Of a DNA stretch of 64,000 bases, positions 8,044 to 19,900 are shown one piece after another. The stretch spans positions 20,620,303 to 20,684,302 of the forward strand of contig CM082577.2 of assembly GCA_040954595.2 (NCBI GenBank), in the 5' to 3' direction. Every line of letters starts with the position of its first letter. Positions within the stretch are counted from its first letter, which is position 1. The notes under the pieces are model-generated. The model was not told the DNA's origin. It searched no databases and saw only the letters and a program-made list of their open reading frames with translations. A program made the position numbers and the translations under genes. Source of the stretch: Balanoglossus misakiensis (taxonomy: Eukaryota; Animalia; Hemichordata).

Positions 8044-9107
8044 TTTTTTTCCATAAAATGAGAGGCAATTTGGGAGGACTCTGACGTGTCGTTAAATACG
8101 ATGCAATGCAAGCTATTTCACTGGAAAATCTTAACAATAATATCAGTATCTACTGGCATAGCACATACGTTAACAGGGAATGAAATAAGCATAGAATAGC
8201 TTACAGACACTGCCAAAGGTTCTATAGAGACTAATGTATGATTTGGATGAATACGACCATTCATGGACAGTCTCAATAATAATGAAACAACTAAATAACT
8301 AATACAATAATAAACTAACTCAAGTCAATATACAATATTTAACTTATAACTTAATATTTTTTTTTTCAACAAGCGCTGACAATTTTTTTTTTCACGTCGT
8401 TTGGAAAATAATGAACTGAAATTTACAAAGAAAATTTATACTTCAGCACTTAACCAAAATATACTGTTGAAAGAAAATAAATTTTATATATATATATTTT
8501 TTTCGTTAAAGCAGGCTAAAGGCAACAAAACAGGGGTTTATATCCACATGGAGCCCACTTCAACAATTAAATCAAAGTCAAAACTACTTTGACCACATTG
8601 CATTATATAGACAATATTGAAATTTCTAAGAAAAATTTACAAACATTACGTTACACCAGGTTCTACGGCGAATAACCAGAAAGTTCGTTGGCAATAAAAT
8701 ACCCAGTCCACAAGTTCAAGTCCGAAGTTATCACAGATGGAAACTATGCGCCACGGACGGAATTTATGCGCACTGTCTATAGTTCGCACGGAATAACACC
8801 GTCAAGTTCTGGACACACAATACCTTGTATACCGTGATGAACACTTCACACTAAACAGTTCCGGCCGGTAACAGTTCAGCGACTTCACCACTTGGCACTC
8901 TGCAGAGAATTTTCCTCGCCGTTGACGCTTGGACCTGGCTCCCGTCTGTCTGCAGTCCGGGTGGCTCCCCAAGGACGTCCAGCTCAGCGAAAGACACACC
9001 TGGTTGGGCGTTGTCCGTTGTCCAGACACTTCTGACCAGTTAAAACATGGCACTTGTCAGTATCATCCTCTCCGTCCCGAAACAAGAACTTGCGTAGGAA
9101 TTGCCAA

Positions 9108-9125
9108 ATCCTGCCGACTACGCCA
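9108..9125 (-). promoter_or_regulatory. Primer binding site complementary to the tRNA-Ser 3' end
   Basis: Minus strand TGGCGTAGTCGGCAGGAT, 2 nt from the LTR, is the complement of ATCCTGCCGACTACG-CCA, the 3' end of animal tRNA-Ser (AGA/TGA type) as I recall it. Confidence 0.9.
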
Positions 9126-9127
9126 TT

Positions 9128-9771
9128 TGTCACGGTTGTCGCCGTTCATTCCAACATATTCACACCAAACAGGTTACGGGTAACAAAGACATAGGCCTTA
9201 CATTTAATAACTGAAATGGAACAAATACATGTCAGTTCCAACGTGTGTGGCCGGTCTGGCTACAGAGGTGAACTGCTAAATTACACACATGTATGGGAGT
9301 TCACCTCCAACAGAATACACCAAAATTCATGCAAGTGAAAAATATAGACATACAATTGGAAAATTGACGCAAGTTAAAGACACCAATTACTTGTGCTGAA
9401 ATGAGTCGGTAGAATGCACCAAAATACAAAGCTTCAAGCAACAGGTAAGGTACCAGGAAACTAACCTGAAATGGAACAAATACATGTCAGTTCCACAACG
9501 TGTGTGGCCGGTCTGGCTACAGAGGTGAACTGACCAATTTTATGCACCATGTCCTTTTATATCAGCAATTACATCATAGTGCCAGATTAGCTTGTGTTCA
9601 TTGGTCAAATGAAACTTCCAGGTGGTTTGCATATAATTAAGATCAACCAATTGAAGGTAAGTACTATTACGTCATATGAATAATTGAATAACTAATTACT
9701 ATAAGATACAGGTATAACATACATACAGATATACATGTATACAAATTCAATGGATCAACAAGGCCGTTACA
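9128..9771 (-). repeat. 5' LTR (644 bp)
   Basis: Minus strand starts TGTAACGG and ends CCGTGACA (7/8 terminal inverted repeat); directly followed by the PBS. Confidence 0.97.
9528..9561 (-). promoter_or_regulatory. LTR core promoter: TATA box (9561-9555) plus initiator TCAGTT (predicted +1 at 9531)
   Basis: Minus strand TATAAAA begins 30 nt upstream of the A in TCAGTT (arthropod-type Inr consensus TCAKTY); equivalent sites at 2132-2126 and 2104-2099 in the 3' LTR. Confidence 0.7.
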
Positions 9772-9890
9772 TTTTGTTCTGCAAAAAGTGGTTTTAGAAT
9801 TCAGGCACTTTCAGAAAAGGAAGAAACGGACACTTGCGACAAAAATATTATCCATCAGGCTACTCTTTAATGGAAAAGTTGGAAAAAATG

Positions 9891-10010
9891 AAGCCTACAG
9901 CACGTAGTATTCCCAGGTGGTCTCCCATCCAAGTACTAACTACGCCCAACGCAGGTTTGCTTCGGGGATCAGACGAGAACCGGCTTATTCTACGTGGTAT
10001 GGCCGTAGGC
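9891..10010 (-). rRNA. 5S rRNA: 5S rRNA gene immediately upstream of the retrotransposon (A45C variant)
   Basis: Full 120-nt copy with GATCCCCG instead of GATCACCG. Confidence 0.92.
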
Positions 10011-13000
10011 GAAAGATGGTTGAATTTCTCCTACTATAAACCTGAATCCTACACCATTGAACACATAGTCCGACTTGGCTAATTTTTGTGGGTAACCGAT
10101 CGACCTTCCATAGCTTATAAGGCAAGTAGGATAAAAAAATATGGTTTGTTTTGTTTTGCAAAAAGTGGTTTTAAAATTCAGACACTTGCAGAAAGAGGAA
10201 GAAACGGACACTTGCGACAAAAATATTATCCATCAGGCTACTCTTTAATGGAAAAGTTGGAAAAAATGAAGCCTACAGCACGTAGTAATCCCAGGTGGTC
10301 TCCCATCCAAGTACTAACTACGCCCAACGCAGGTTTGCTTCTGTGATCAGACGAGAACCGGCTTATTCTACGTGGTATGGCCGTAGGCGAAGGATTGTTG
10401 AATTTCTCCTACTATAAACCTGAATCCTACACCATTGGACACATAGCCCGATCTGGCTAATTTTTGTGGGTAACCGATCGACCTACCATAGCTTATAAGG
10501 CAAGTAGGGTAAAAAAATATGGTTTGTTTTGTTTTGCAAAAAGTGGTTTTAAAATTCAGACACTTGCAGAAAGAGGAAGAAACGAACACTTGCGACAAAA
10601 ATGTTATCCATCAGGCTACTCTTTAATGGAAAAGTTGGAAAAATGAAGCCTACAGCACGTAGTATTCCCAGGTGGTCTCCCATCCAAGTACTAACTACGC
10701 CCAACGCAGGTTTGCTTCGGTGATCAGACGAGAACCGGCTTATTCTACGTGGTATGGCCGTAGGCGAAAGATGGTTGAATTTCTCCTACTATAAACCTGA
10801 ATCCTACACCATTGAACACATAGTCCGACTTGGCTAATTTTGTGGGTAACCGATCGACCTTCCATAGCTTATAAGGCAAGTGGGATAATAAAATATGGTT
10901 GCTTTGTTCTGCAAAAAGTGGTTTTAGAATTCAGGCTCTTTCAGAAAAGGAAGAAACGGACACTTGCGACAAAAATGTTATCCATCAGGTTACTCTTTAA
11001 TGGAAAAGTTGGAAAAAAAATGAAGCCTACAGCACGTAGTATTCCCAGGCGGTCTCCCATCCAAGTACTAACTACGCCCAACGCAGGTTTGCTTCGGTGA
11101 TCAGACGAGAACCGGCTTATTCTACGTGGTATGGCCGTAGGCGAAAGATGGTTGAATTTCTCCTACTATAAACCTGAATCCTACACCATTGAACACATAG
11201 TCCGACTTGGCTAATTTTTGTGGGTAACCGATCGACCTTCCATAGCTTATAAAGCAAGTGGGATAAAAAATATGGTTTGTTTTGTTCTGCAAAAAGTGGT
11301 TTTAGAATTCGGGCACTTTCAGAAAAGGAAGAAACGGACACTTGCGACAAAAATATTATCCATCAGGCTACTCTTTAATGGAAAAGTTGGAAAAAATGAA
11401 GCCTACAGCACGTAGTATTCCCAGGTGGCCTCCCATCCAAGTACTAACTACGCCCAACGCAGGTTTGCTTCGGGGATCAGACGAGAACCGGCTTATTCTA
11501 CGTGGTATGGCCGTAGGCGAAAGATGGTTGAATTTCTCCTACTATAAACCTGAATTCTACACCATTCAACACATAGTCCGACTTGGCTAATTTTTGTGGG
11601 TAACCGATCGACCTTCCATAGCTTATAAGGCAAGTAGGATAAAAAAATATGGTTTGTTTTGTTTTGCAAAAAATGGTTTTAAAATTCAGACACTTGCAGA
11701 AAGAGGAAGAAACGGACACTTGCGACAACAATATTATCCATCAGGCTACTCTTTAATGGAAAAGTTGGAAAAAATGAAGCCTACAGCACGTAGTAATCCC
11801 AGGTGGTCTCCCATCCAAGTACTAACTACGCCCAACGCAGGTTTGCTTCTGTGATCAGACGAGAACCGGCTTATTCTACGTGGTATGGCCGTAGGCGAAG
11901 GATTGTTGAATTTCTCCTACTATAAACCTGAATCCTACACCATTGGACACATAGCCCGATCTGGCTAATTTTTGTGGGTAACCGATCGACCTACCATAGC
12001 TTATAAGGCAAGTAGGGTAAAAAAATATGGTTTGTTTTGTTTTGCAAAAAGTGGTTTTAAAATTCAGACACTTGCAGAAAGAGGAAGAAACGAACACTTG
12101 CGACAAAAATGTTATCCATCAGGCTACTCTTTAATGGAAAAGTTGGAAAAATGAAGCCTACAGCACGTAGTATTCCCAGGTGGTCTCCCATCCAAGTACT
12201 AACTACGCCCAACGCAGGTTTGCTTCGGTGATCAGACGAGAACCGGCTTATTCTACGTGGTATGGCCGTAGGCGAAAGATGGTTGAATTTCTCCTACTAT
12301 AAACCTGAATCCTACACCATTGAACACATAGCCCGATCTGGCTAATTTTTGTGGGTAACCGATCGACCTACCATAGCTTATAAGGCAAGTAGGGTAAAAA
12401 AATATGGTTTGTTTTGTTTTGCAAAAAGTGGTTTTAAAATTCAGACACTTGCAGAAAGAGGAAGAAACGAACACTTGCGACAAAAATGTTATCCATCAGG
12501 CTACTCTTTAATGGAAAAGTTGGAAAAATGAAGCCTACAGCACGTAGTATTCCCAGGTGGTCTCCCATCCAAGTACTAACTACGCCCAACGCAGGTTTGC
12601 TTCGGTGATCAGACGAGAACCGGCTTATTCTACGTGGTATGGCCGTAGGCGAAAGATGGTTGAATTTCTCCTACTATAAACCTGAATCCTACACCATTGA
12701 ACACATAGTCCGACTTGGCTAATTTTGTGGGTAACCGATCGACCTTCCATAGCTTATAAGGCAAGTGGGATAATAAAATATGGTTGCTTTGTTCTGCAAA
12801 AAGTGGTTTTAGAATTCAGGCTCTTTCAGAAAAGGAAGAAACGGACACTTGCGACAAAAATGTTATCCATCAGGCTACTCTTTAATGGAAAAGTTGGAAA
12901 AAAAATGAAGCCTACAGCACGTAGTATTCCCAGGCGGTCTCCCATCCAAGTACTAACTACGCCCAACGCAGGTTTGCTTCGGTGATCAGACGAGAACCGG

Positions 13001-15325
13001 CTTATTCTACGTGGTATGGCCGTAGGCGAAAGATGGTTGAATTTCTCCTACTATAAACCTGAATCCTACACCATTGAACACATAGTCCGACTTGGCTAAT
13101 TTTTGTGGGTAACCGATCGACCTTCCATAGCTTATAAGGCAAGTAGGGTCAAAAAATATGGTTTGTTTTGTCCTGCAAAAAGTGGTTTTAAAATTCAGAC
13201 ACTTGCAGAAAGAGGAAGAAACGGACACTTGCGACAAATATATTATCCATCAGGCTACTCTTTAATGGAAAAGTTGGAAAAATGAAGCCTACAGCACGTA
13301 GTATTCCCAGGTGGTCACCCATCCAAGTACTAACTACGCCCAACGCAGGTTTGCTTCGGTGATCAGACGAGAACCGGCTTATTCTACGTGGTATGGCCGT
13401 GGGCGAAGGATTGTTGAATTTCTCCTACTATAAACCTGCATCATACACCATTAGACACATAGCCCGATTTGGCTAATTTTTGTGGGTAACCGATCGACCT
13501 TCCATAGCTTATAAGGCAAGTAGGGTCAAAAAATATGGTTTGTTTTGTTCTGCAAAAAGTGGTTTTAAAATTCAGACACTTGCAGAAAGATGAAGAAACG
13601 GACACTTGCGACAAAAATATTATCCATCAGGCTACTCTTTAATGGAAAAGTTGGAAAAATGAAGCCTACAGCACGTAGTATTCCCAGGTGGTCTCCCATC
13701 CAAGTACTAACTACGCCCAACGCAGGTTTGCTTCGGTGATCAGACGAGAACCGGCTTATTCTACGTGGTATGGCCGTAGGCGAAAGATGGTTGAATTTCT
13801 CCTACTATAAACCTGAATCCTACACCATTGAACACATAGTCCGACTTGGCTAATTTTGTGGGTAACCGATCGACCTTCCATAGCTTATAAAGCAAGTGGG
13901 ATAAAAAATATGGTTTGTTTTGTTCTGCAAAAAGTGGTTTTAGAATTCAGGCACTTTCAGAAAAGGAAGAAACGGACACTTGCGACAAAAATATTATCCA
14001 TCAGGCTACTCTTTAATGGAAAAGTTGGAAAAAATGAAGCCTACAGCACGTAGTATTCCCAGGTGGTCTCCCATCCAAGTACTAACTACGCCCAACGCAG
14101 GTTTGCTTCGGGGATCAGACGAGAACCGGCTTATTCTACGTGGTATGGCCGTAGGCGAAAGATGGTTGAATTTCTCCTACTATAAACCTGAATCCTACAC
14201 TATTCAACACATAGTCCGACTTGGCTAATTTTTGTGGGTAACCGATCGACCTTCCATAGCTTATAAGGCAAGTAGGATAAAAAAATATGGTTTGTTTTGT
14301 TTTGCAAAAAGTGGTTTTAAAATTCAGACACTTGCAGAAAGAGGAAGAAACGGACACTTGCGACAAAAATATTATCCATCAGGCTACTCTTTAATGGAAA
14401 AGTTGGAAAAAATGAAGCCTACAGCACGTAGTAATCCCAGGTGGTCTTCCATCCAAGTACTAACTACGCCCAACGCAGGTTTGCTTCTGTGATCAGACGA
14501 GAACCGGCTTATTCTACGTGGTATGGCCGTAGGCGAAAGATGGTTGAATTTCTCCTACTATAAACCTGAATCCTACACCATTCAACACATAGTCCGACTT
14601 GGCTAATTTTTGTGGGTAACCGATCGACCTTCCATAGCTTATAAGGCAAGTAGGATAAAAAAATATGGTTTGTTTTGTTTTGCAAAAAGTGGTTTTAAAA
14701 TTCAGACACTTGCAGAAAGAGGAAGAAACGGACACTTGCGACAAAAATATTATCCATCAGGCTACTCTTTAATGGAAAAGTTGGAAAAAATGAAGCCTAC
14801 AGCACGTAGTAATCCCAGGTGGTCTCCCATCCAAGTACTAACTACGCCCAACGCAGGTTTGCTTCTGTGATCAGACGAGAACCGGCTTATTCTACGTGGT
14901 ATGGCCGTAGGCGAAGGATTGTTGAATTTCTCCTACTATAAACCTGAATCCTACACCATTGGACACATAGCCCGATCTGGCTAATTTTTGTGGGTAACCG
15001 ATCGACCTACCATAGCTTATAAGGCAAGTAGGGTAAAAATATATGGTTTGTTTTGTTCTGCAAAAAGTGGTTTTAGAATTCAGGCACTTTCAGAAAAGGA
15101 AGAAACGGACACTTGCGACAAAAATGTTATCCATCAGGTTACTCTTTAATGGAAAAGTTGGAAAAAAAATGAAGCCTACAGCACGTAGTATTCCCAGGCG
15201 GTCTCCCATCCAAGTACTAACTACGCCCAACGCAGGTTTGCTTCGGTGATCAGACGAGAACCGGCTTATTCTACGTGGTATGGCCGTGGGCGAAGGATTG
15301 TTGAATTTCTCCTACTATAAACCTG

Positions 15326-15405
15326 AAGTACTAACTACGCCCAACGCAGGTTTGCTTCTGTGATCAGACGAGAACCGGCTTATTCTACGTGGTATGGCCG
15401 TAGGC
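15326..15405 (-). pseudogene. 3'-truncated 5S gene (nt 1-80) in a 114-bp unit
   Basis: Junction ACCTG-AA-GTACT joins the spacer to mid-gene; Box C, the 3' end and the terminator are lost. Confidence 0.9.
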
Positions 15406-16798
15406 GAAAGATGGTTGAATTTCTCCTACTATAAACCTGAATCCTACACCATTCAACACATAGTCCGACTTGGCTAATTTTTGTGGGTAACCGATCGACC
15501 TTCCATAGCTTATAAGGCAAGTAGGATAAAAAAATATGGTTTGTTTTGTTTTGCAAAAAGTGGTTTTAAAATTCAGACACTTGCAGAAAGAGGAAGAAAC
15601 GGACACTTGCGACAAAAATATTATCCATCAGGCTACTCTTTAATGGAAAAGTTGGAAAAAATGAAGCCTACAGCACGTAGTAATCCCAGGTGGTCTCCCA
15701 TCCAAGTACTAACTACGCCCAACGCAGGTTTGCTTCTGTGATCAGACGAGAACCGGCTTATTCTACGTGGTATGGCCGTAGGCGAAGGATTGTTGAATTT
15801 CTCCTACTATAAACCTGAATCCTACACCATTGGACACATAGCCCGATCTGGCTAATTTTTGTGGGTAACCGATCGACCTACCATAGCTTATAAGGCAAGT
15901 AGGGTAAAAAAATATGGTTTGTTTTGTTTTGCAAAAAGTGGTTTTAAAATTCAGACACTTGCAGAAAGAGGAAGAAACGAACACTTGCGACAAAAATGTT
16001 ATCCATCAGGCTACTCTTTAATGGAAAAGTTGGAAAAATGAAGCCTACAGCACGTAGTATTCCCAGGTGGTCTCCCATCCAAGTACTAACTACGCCCAAC
16101 GCAGGTTTGCTTCGGTGATCAGACGAGAACTGGCTTATTCTACGTGGTATGGCCGTAGGCGAAAGATGGTTGAATTTCTCCTACTATAAACCTGAATCCT
16201 ACACCATTGAACACATAGCCCGACTTGGCTAATTTTGTTGGTAACCGATCGACCTTCCATAGCTTATAAGGCAAGTGGGATCAAAATATATGGTTTGTTT
16301 TGTTCTGCAAAAAGTGGTTTTAGAATTCAGGCACTTTCAGAAAAGGAAGAAACGGACACTTGCGACAAAAATGTTATCCATCAGGTTACTCTTTAATGGA
16401 AAAGTTGGAAAAAAAAATGAAGCCTACAGCACGTAGTATTCCCAGGCGGTCTCCCATCCAAGTACTAACTACGCCCAACGCAGGTTTGCTTCTGTGATCA
16501 GACGAGAACCGGCTTATTCTACGTGGTATGGCCGTAGGCGAAGGATTGTTGAATTTCTCCTACTATAAACCTGAATCCTACACCATTGGACACATAGCCC
16601 GATCTGGCTAATTTTTGTGGGTAACCGATCGACCTACCATAGCTTATAAGGCAAGTAGGGTAAAAAAATATGGTTTGTTTTGTTTTGCAAAAAGTGGTTT
16701 TAAAATTCAGACACTTGCAGAAAGAGGAAGAAACGGACACTTGCGACAAAAATGTTATCCATCAGGCTACTCTTTAATGGAAAAGTTGGAAAAAAATG

Positions 16799-16922
16799 AA
16801 GCCTACAGCACGTAGTATTCCCAGGCGGTCTCCCATCCATCCAAGTACTAACTACGCCCAACGCAGGTTTGCTTCGGTGATCAGACGAGAACTGGCTTAT
16901 TCTACGTGGTATGGCCGTAGGC
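16799..16922 (-). pseudogene. 5S copy with a 4-bp duplication in Box C (124 nt)
   Basis: Plus strand CCCATCCATCCAAG versus CCCATCCAAG in other units. Confidence 0.8.
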
Positions 16923-19900
16923 GAAAGATTGTTGAATTTCTCCTACTATAAACCTGAATCCTACACCATTGAACACATAGCCCGACTTGGCTAATTTTGT
17001 TGGTAACCGATCGACCTTCCATAGCTTATAAGGCAAGTGGGATCAAAATATATGGTTTGTTTTGTTCTGCAAAAAGTGGTTTTAGAATTCAGGCACTTTC
17101 AGAAAAGGAAGAAACGGACACTTGCGACAAAAATGTTATCCATCAGGTTACTCTTTAATGGAAAAGTTGGAAAAAAAATGAAGCCTACAGCACGTAGTAT
17201 TCCCAGGCGGTCTCCCATCCAAGTACTAACTACGCCCAACGCAGGTTTGCTTCTGTGATCAGACGAGAACCGGCTTATTCTACGTGGTATGGCCGTAGGC
17301 GAAGGATTGTTGAATTTCTCCTACTATAAACCTGAATCCTACACCATTGGACACATAGCCCGATCTGGCTAATTTTTGTGGGTAACCGATCGACCTACCA
17401 TAGCTTATAAGGCAAGTAGGGTAAAAAAATATGGTTTGTTTTGTTTTGCAAAAAGTGGTTTTAAAATTCAGACACTTGCAGAAAGAGGAAGAAACGAACA
17501 CTTGCGACAAAAATGTTATCCATCAGGCTACTCTTTAATGGAAAAGTTGGAAAAATGAAGCCTACAGCACGTAGTATTCCCAGGTGGTCTCCCATCCAAG
17601 TACTAACTACGCCCAACGCAGGTTTGCTTCGGTGATCAGACGAGAACCGGCTTATTCTACGTGGTATGGCCGTAGGCGAAAGATGGTTGAATTTCTCCTA
17701 CTATAAACCTGAATCCTACACCATTGAACACATAGTCCGACTTGGCTAATTTTGTGGGTAACCGATCGACCTTCCATAGCTTATAAGGCAAGTGGGATAA
17801 TAAAATATGGTTGCTTTGTTCTGCAAAAAGTGGTTTTAGAATTCAGGCTCTTTCAGAAAAGGAAGAAACGGACACTTGCGACAAAAATGTTATCCATCAG
17901 GCTACTCTTTAATGGAAAAGTTGGAAAAAAAATGAAGCCTACAGCACGTAGTATTCCCAGGCGGTCTCCCATCCAAGTACTAACTACGCCCAACGCAGGT
18001 TTGCTTCGGTGATCAGACGAGAACCGGCTTATTCTACGTGGTATGGCCGTAGGCGAAAGATGGTTGAATTTCTCCTACTATAAACCTGAATCCTACACCA
18101 TTGAACACATAGTCCGACTTGGCTAATTTTTGTGGGTAACCGATCGACCTTCCATAGCTTATAAGGCAAGTAGGATCAAAAATATGGTTTGTTTTGTTTT
18201 GCAAAAAGTGGTTTTAAAATTCAGACACTTGCAGAAAGAGGAAGAAACGGACACTTGCGTCAAAAATATTATCCATCAGGCTACTCTTTAATGGAAAAGT
18301 TGGAAAAAATGAAGCCTACAGCACGTAGTATTCCCAGGCGGTCTCCCATCCAAGTACTAACTACGCCCAACGCAGGTTTGCTTCGGTGATCAGACGAGAA
18401 CCGGCTTATTCTACGTGGTATGGCCGTGGGCGAAGGATTGTTGAATTTCTCCTACTATAAACCTGAATCCTACACCATTGGACACATAGCCCGATCTGGC
18501 TAATTTTTGTGGGTAACCGATCGTCCTTCCATAGCTTATAAGGCAAGTGGGATCAAAATATATGGTTTGTTTTGTTCTGCAAAAAGTGGTTTTAGAATTC
18601 AGGCACTTTCAGAAAAGGAAGAAACGGACACTTGCGACAAAAATGTTATCCATCAGGTTACTCTTTAATGGAAAAGTTGGAAAAAAAATGAAGCCTACAG
18701 CACGTAGTATTCCCAGGCGGTCTCCCATCCAAGTACTAACTACGCCCAACGCAGGTTTGCTTCTGTGATCAGACGAGAACCGGCTTATTCTACGTGGTAT
18801 GGCCGTAGGCGAAGGATTGTTGAATTTCTCCTACTATAAACCTGAATCCTACACCATTGGACACATAGCCCGATCTGGCTAATTTTTGTGGGTAACCGAT
18901 CGACCTACCATAGCTTATAAGGCAAGTAGGGTAAAAAAATATGGTTTGTTTTGTTTTGCAAAAAGTGGTTTTAAAATTCAGACACTTGCAGAAAGAGGAA
19001 GAAACGAACACTTGCGACAAAAATGTTATCCATCAGGCTACTCTTTAATGGAAAAGTTGGAAAAATGAAGCCTACAGCACGTAGTATTCCCAGGTGGTCT
19101 CCCATCCAAGTACTAACTACGCCCAACGCAGGTTTGCTTCGGTGATCAGACGAGAACCGGCTTATTCTACGTGGTATGGCCGTAGGCGAAAGATGGTTGA
19201 ATTTCTCCTACTATAAACCTGAATCCTACACCATTGAACACATAGTCCGACTTGGCTAATTTTGTGGGTAACCGATCGACCTTCCATAGCTTATAAGGCA
19301 AGTGGGATAATAAAATATGGTTGCTTTGTTCTGCAAAAAGTGGTTTTAGAATTCAGGCTCTTTCAGAAAAGGAAGAAACGGACACTTGCGACAAAAATGT
19401 TATCCATCAGGCTACTCTTTAATGGAAAAGTTGGAAAAAAAATGAAGCCTACAGCACGTAGTATTCCCAGGCGGTCTCCCATCCAAGTACTAACTACGCC
19501 CAACGCAGGTTTGCTTCGGTGATCAGACGAGAACCGGCTTATTCTACGTGGTATGGCCGTAGGCGAAAGATGGTTGAATTTCTCCTACTATAAACCTGAA
19601 TCCTACACCATTGAACACATAGTCCGACTTGGCTAATTTTTGTGGGTAACCGATCGACCTTCCATAGCTTATAAGGCAAGTAGGATCAAAAATATGGTTT
19701 GTTTTGTTTTGCAAAAAGTGGTTTTAAAATTCAGACACTTGCAGAAAGAGGAAGAAACGGACACTTGCGTCAAAAATATTATCCATCAGGCTACTCTTTA
19801 ATGGAAAAGTTGGAAAAAATGAAGCCTACAGCACGTAGTATTCCCAGGCGGTCTCCCATCCAAGTACTAACTACGCCCAACGCAGGTTTGCTTCGGTGAT

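Larger units (their letters stand above)
1699..9771 (-). mobile_element. Full-length Ty3/Gypsy (Metaviridae) LTR retrotransposon, 8073 bp
   Basis: Two 644-bp LTRs with TG...CA ends, TTTT target duplication, PBS, gag, and pol in PR-RT-RH-IN order; no env ORF and no chromodomain recognised. Confidence 0.98.

Noticed and set aside
8041-8053. Gag start context TGGAAAAAAAATG equals the 5S terminator region read on the opposite strand
   Set aside because: Mostly a homopolymer; a low-complexity coincidence
9108-9125. tRNA gene
   Set aside because: Only the 18-nt 3' end including CCA is present; it is the primer binding site
8401-9183. Small ORFs in the leader and LTR (63-84 aa), considered as accessory or env genes
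   Set aside because: No signal peptide, transmembrane segment or motif; two are antisense and two run into the LTR or low-complexity sequence; only ~60 bp separate pol from the 3' LTR, leaving no room for env
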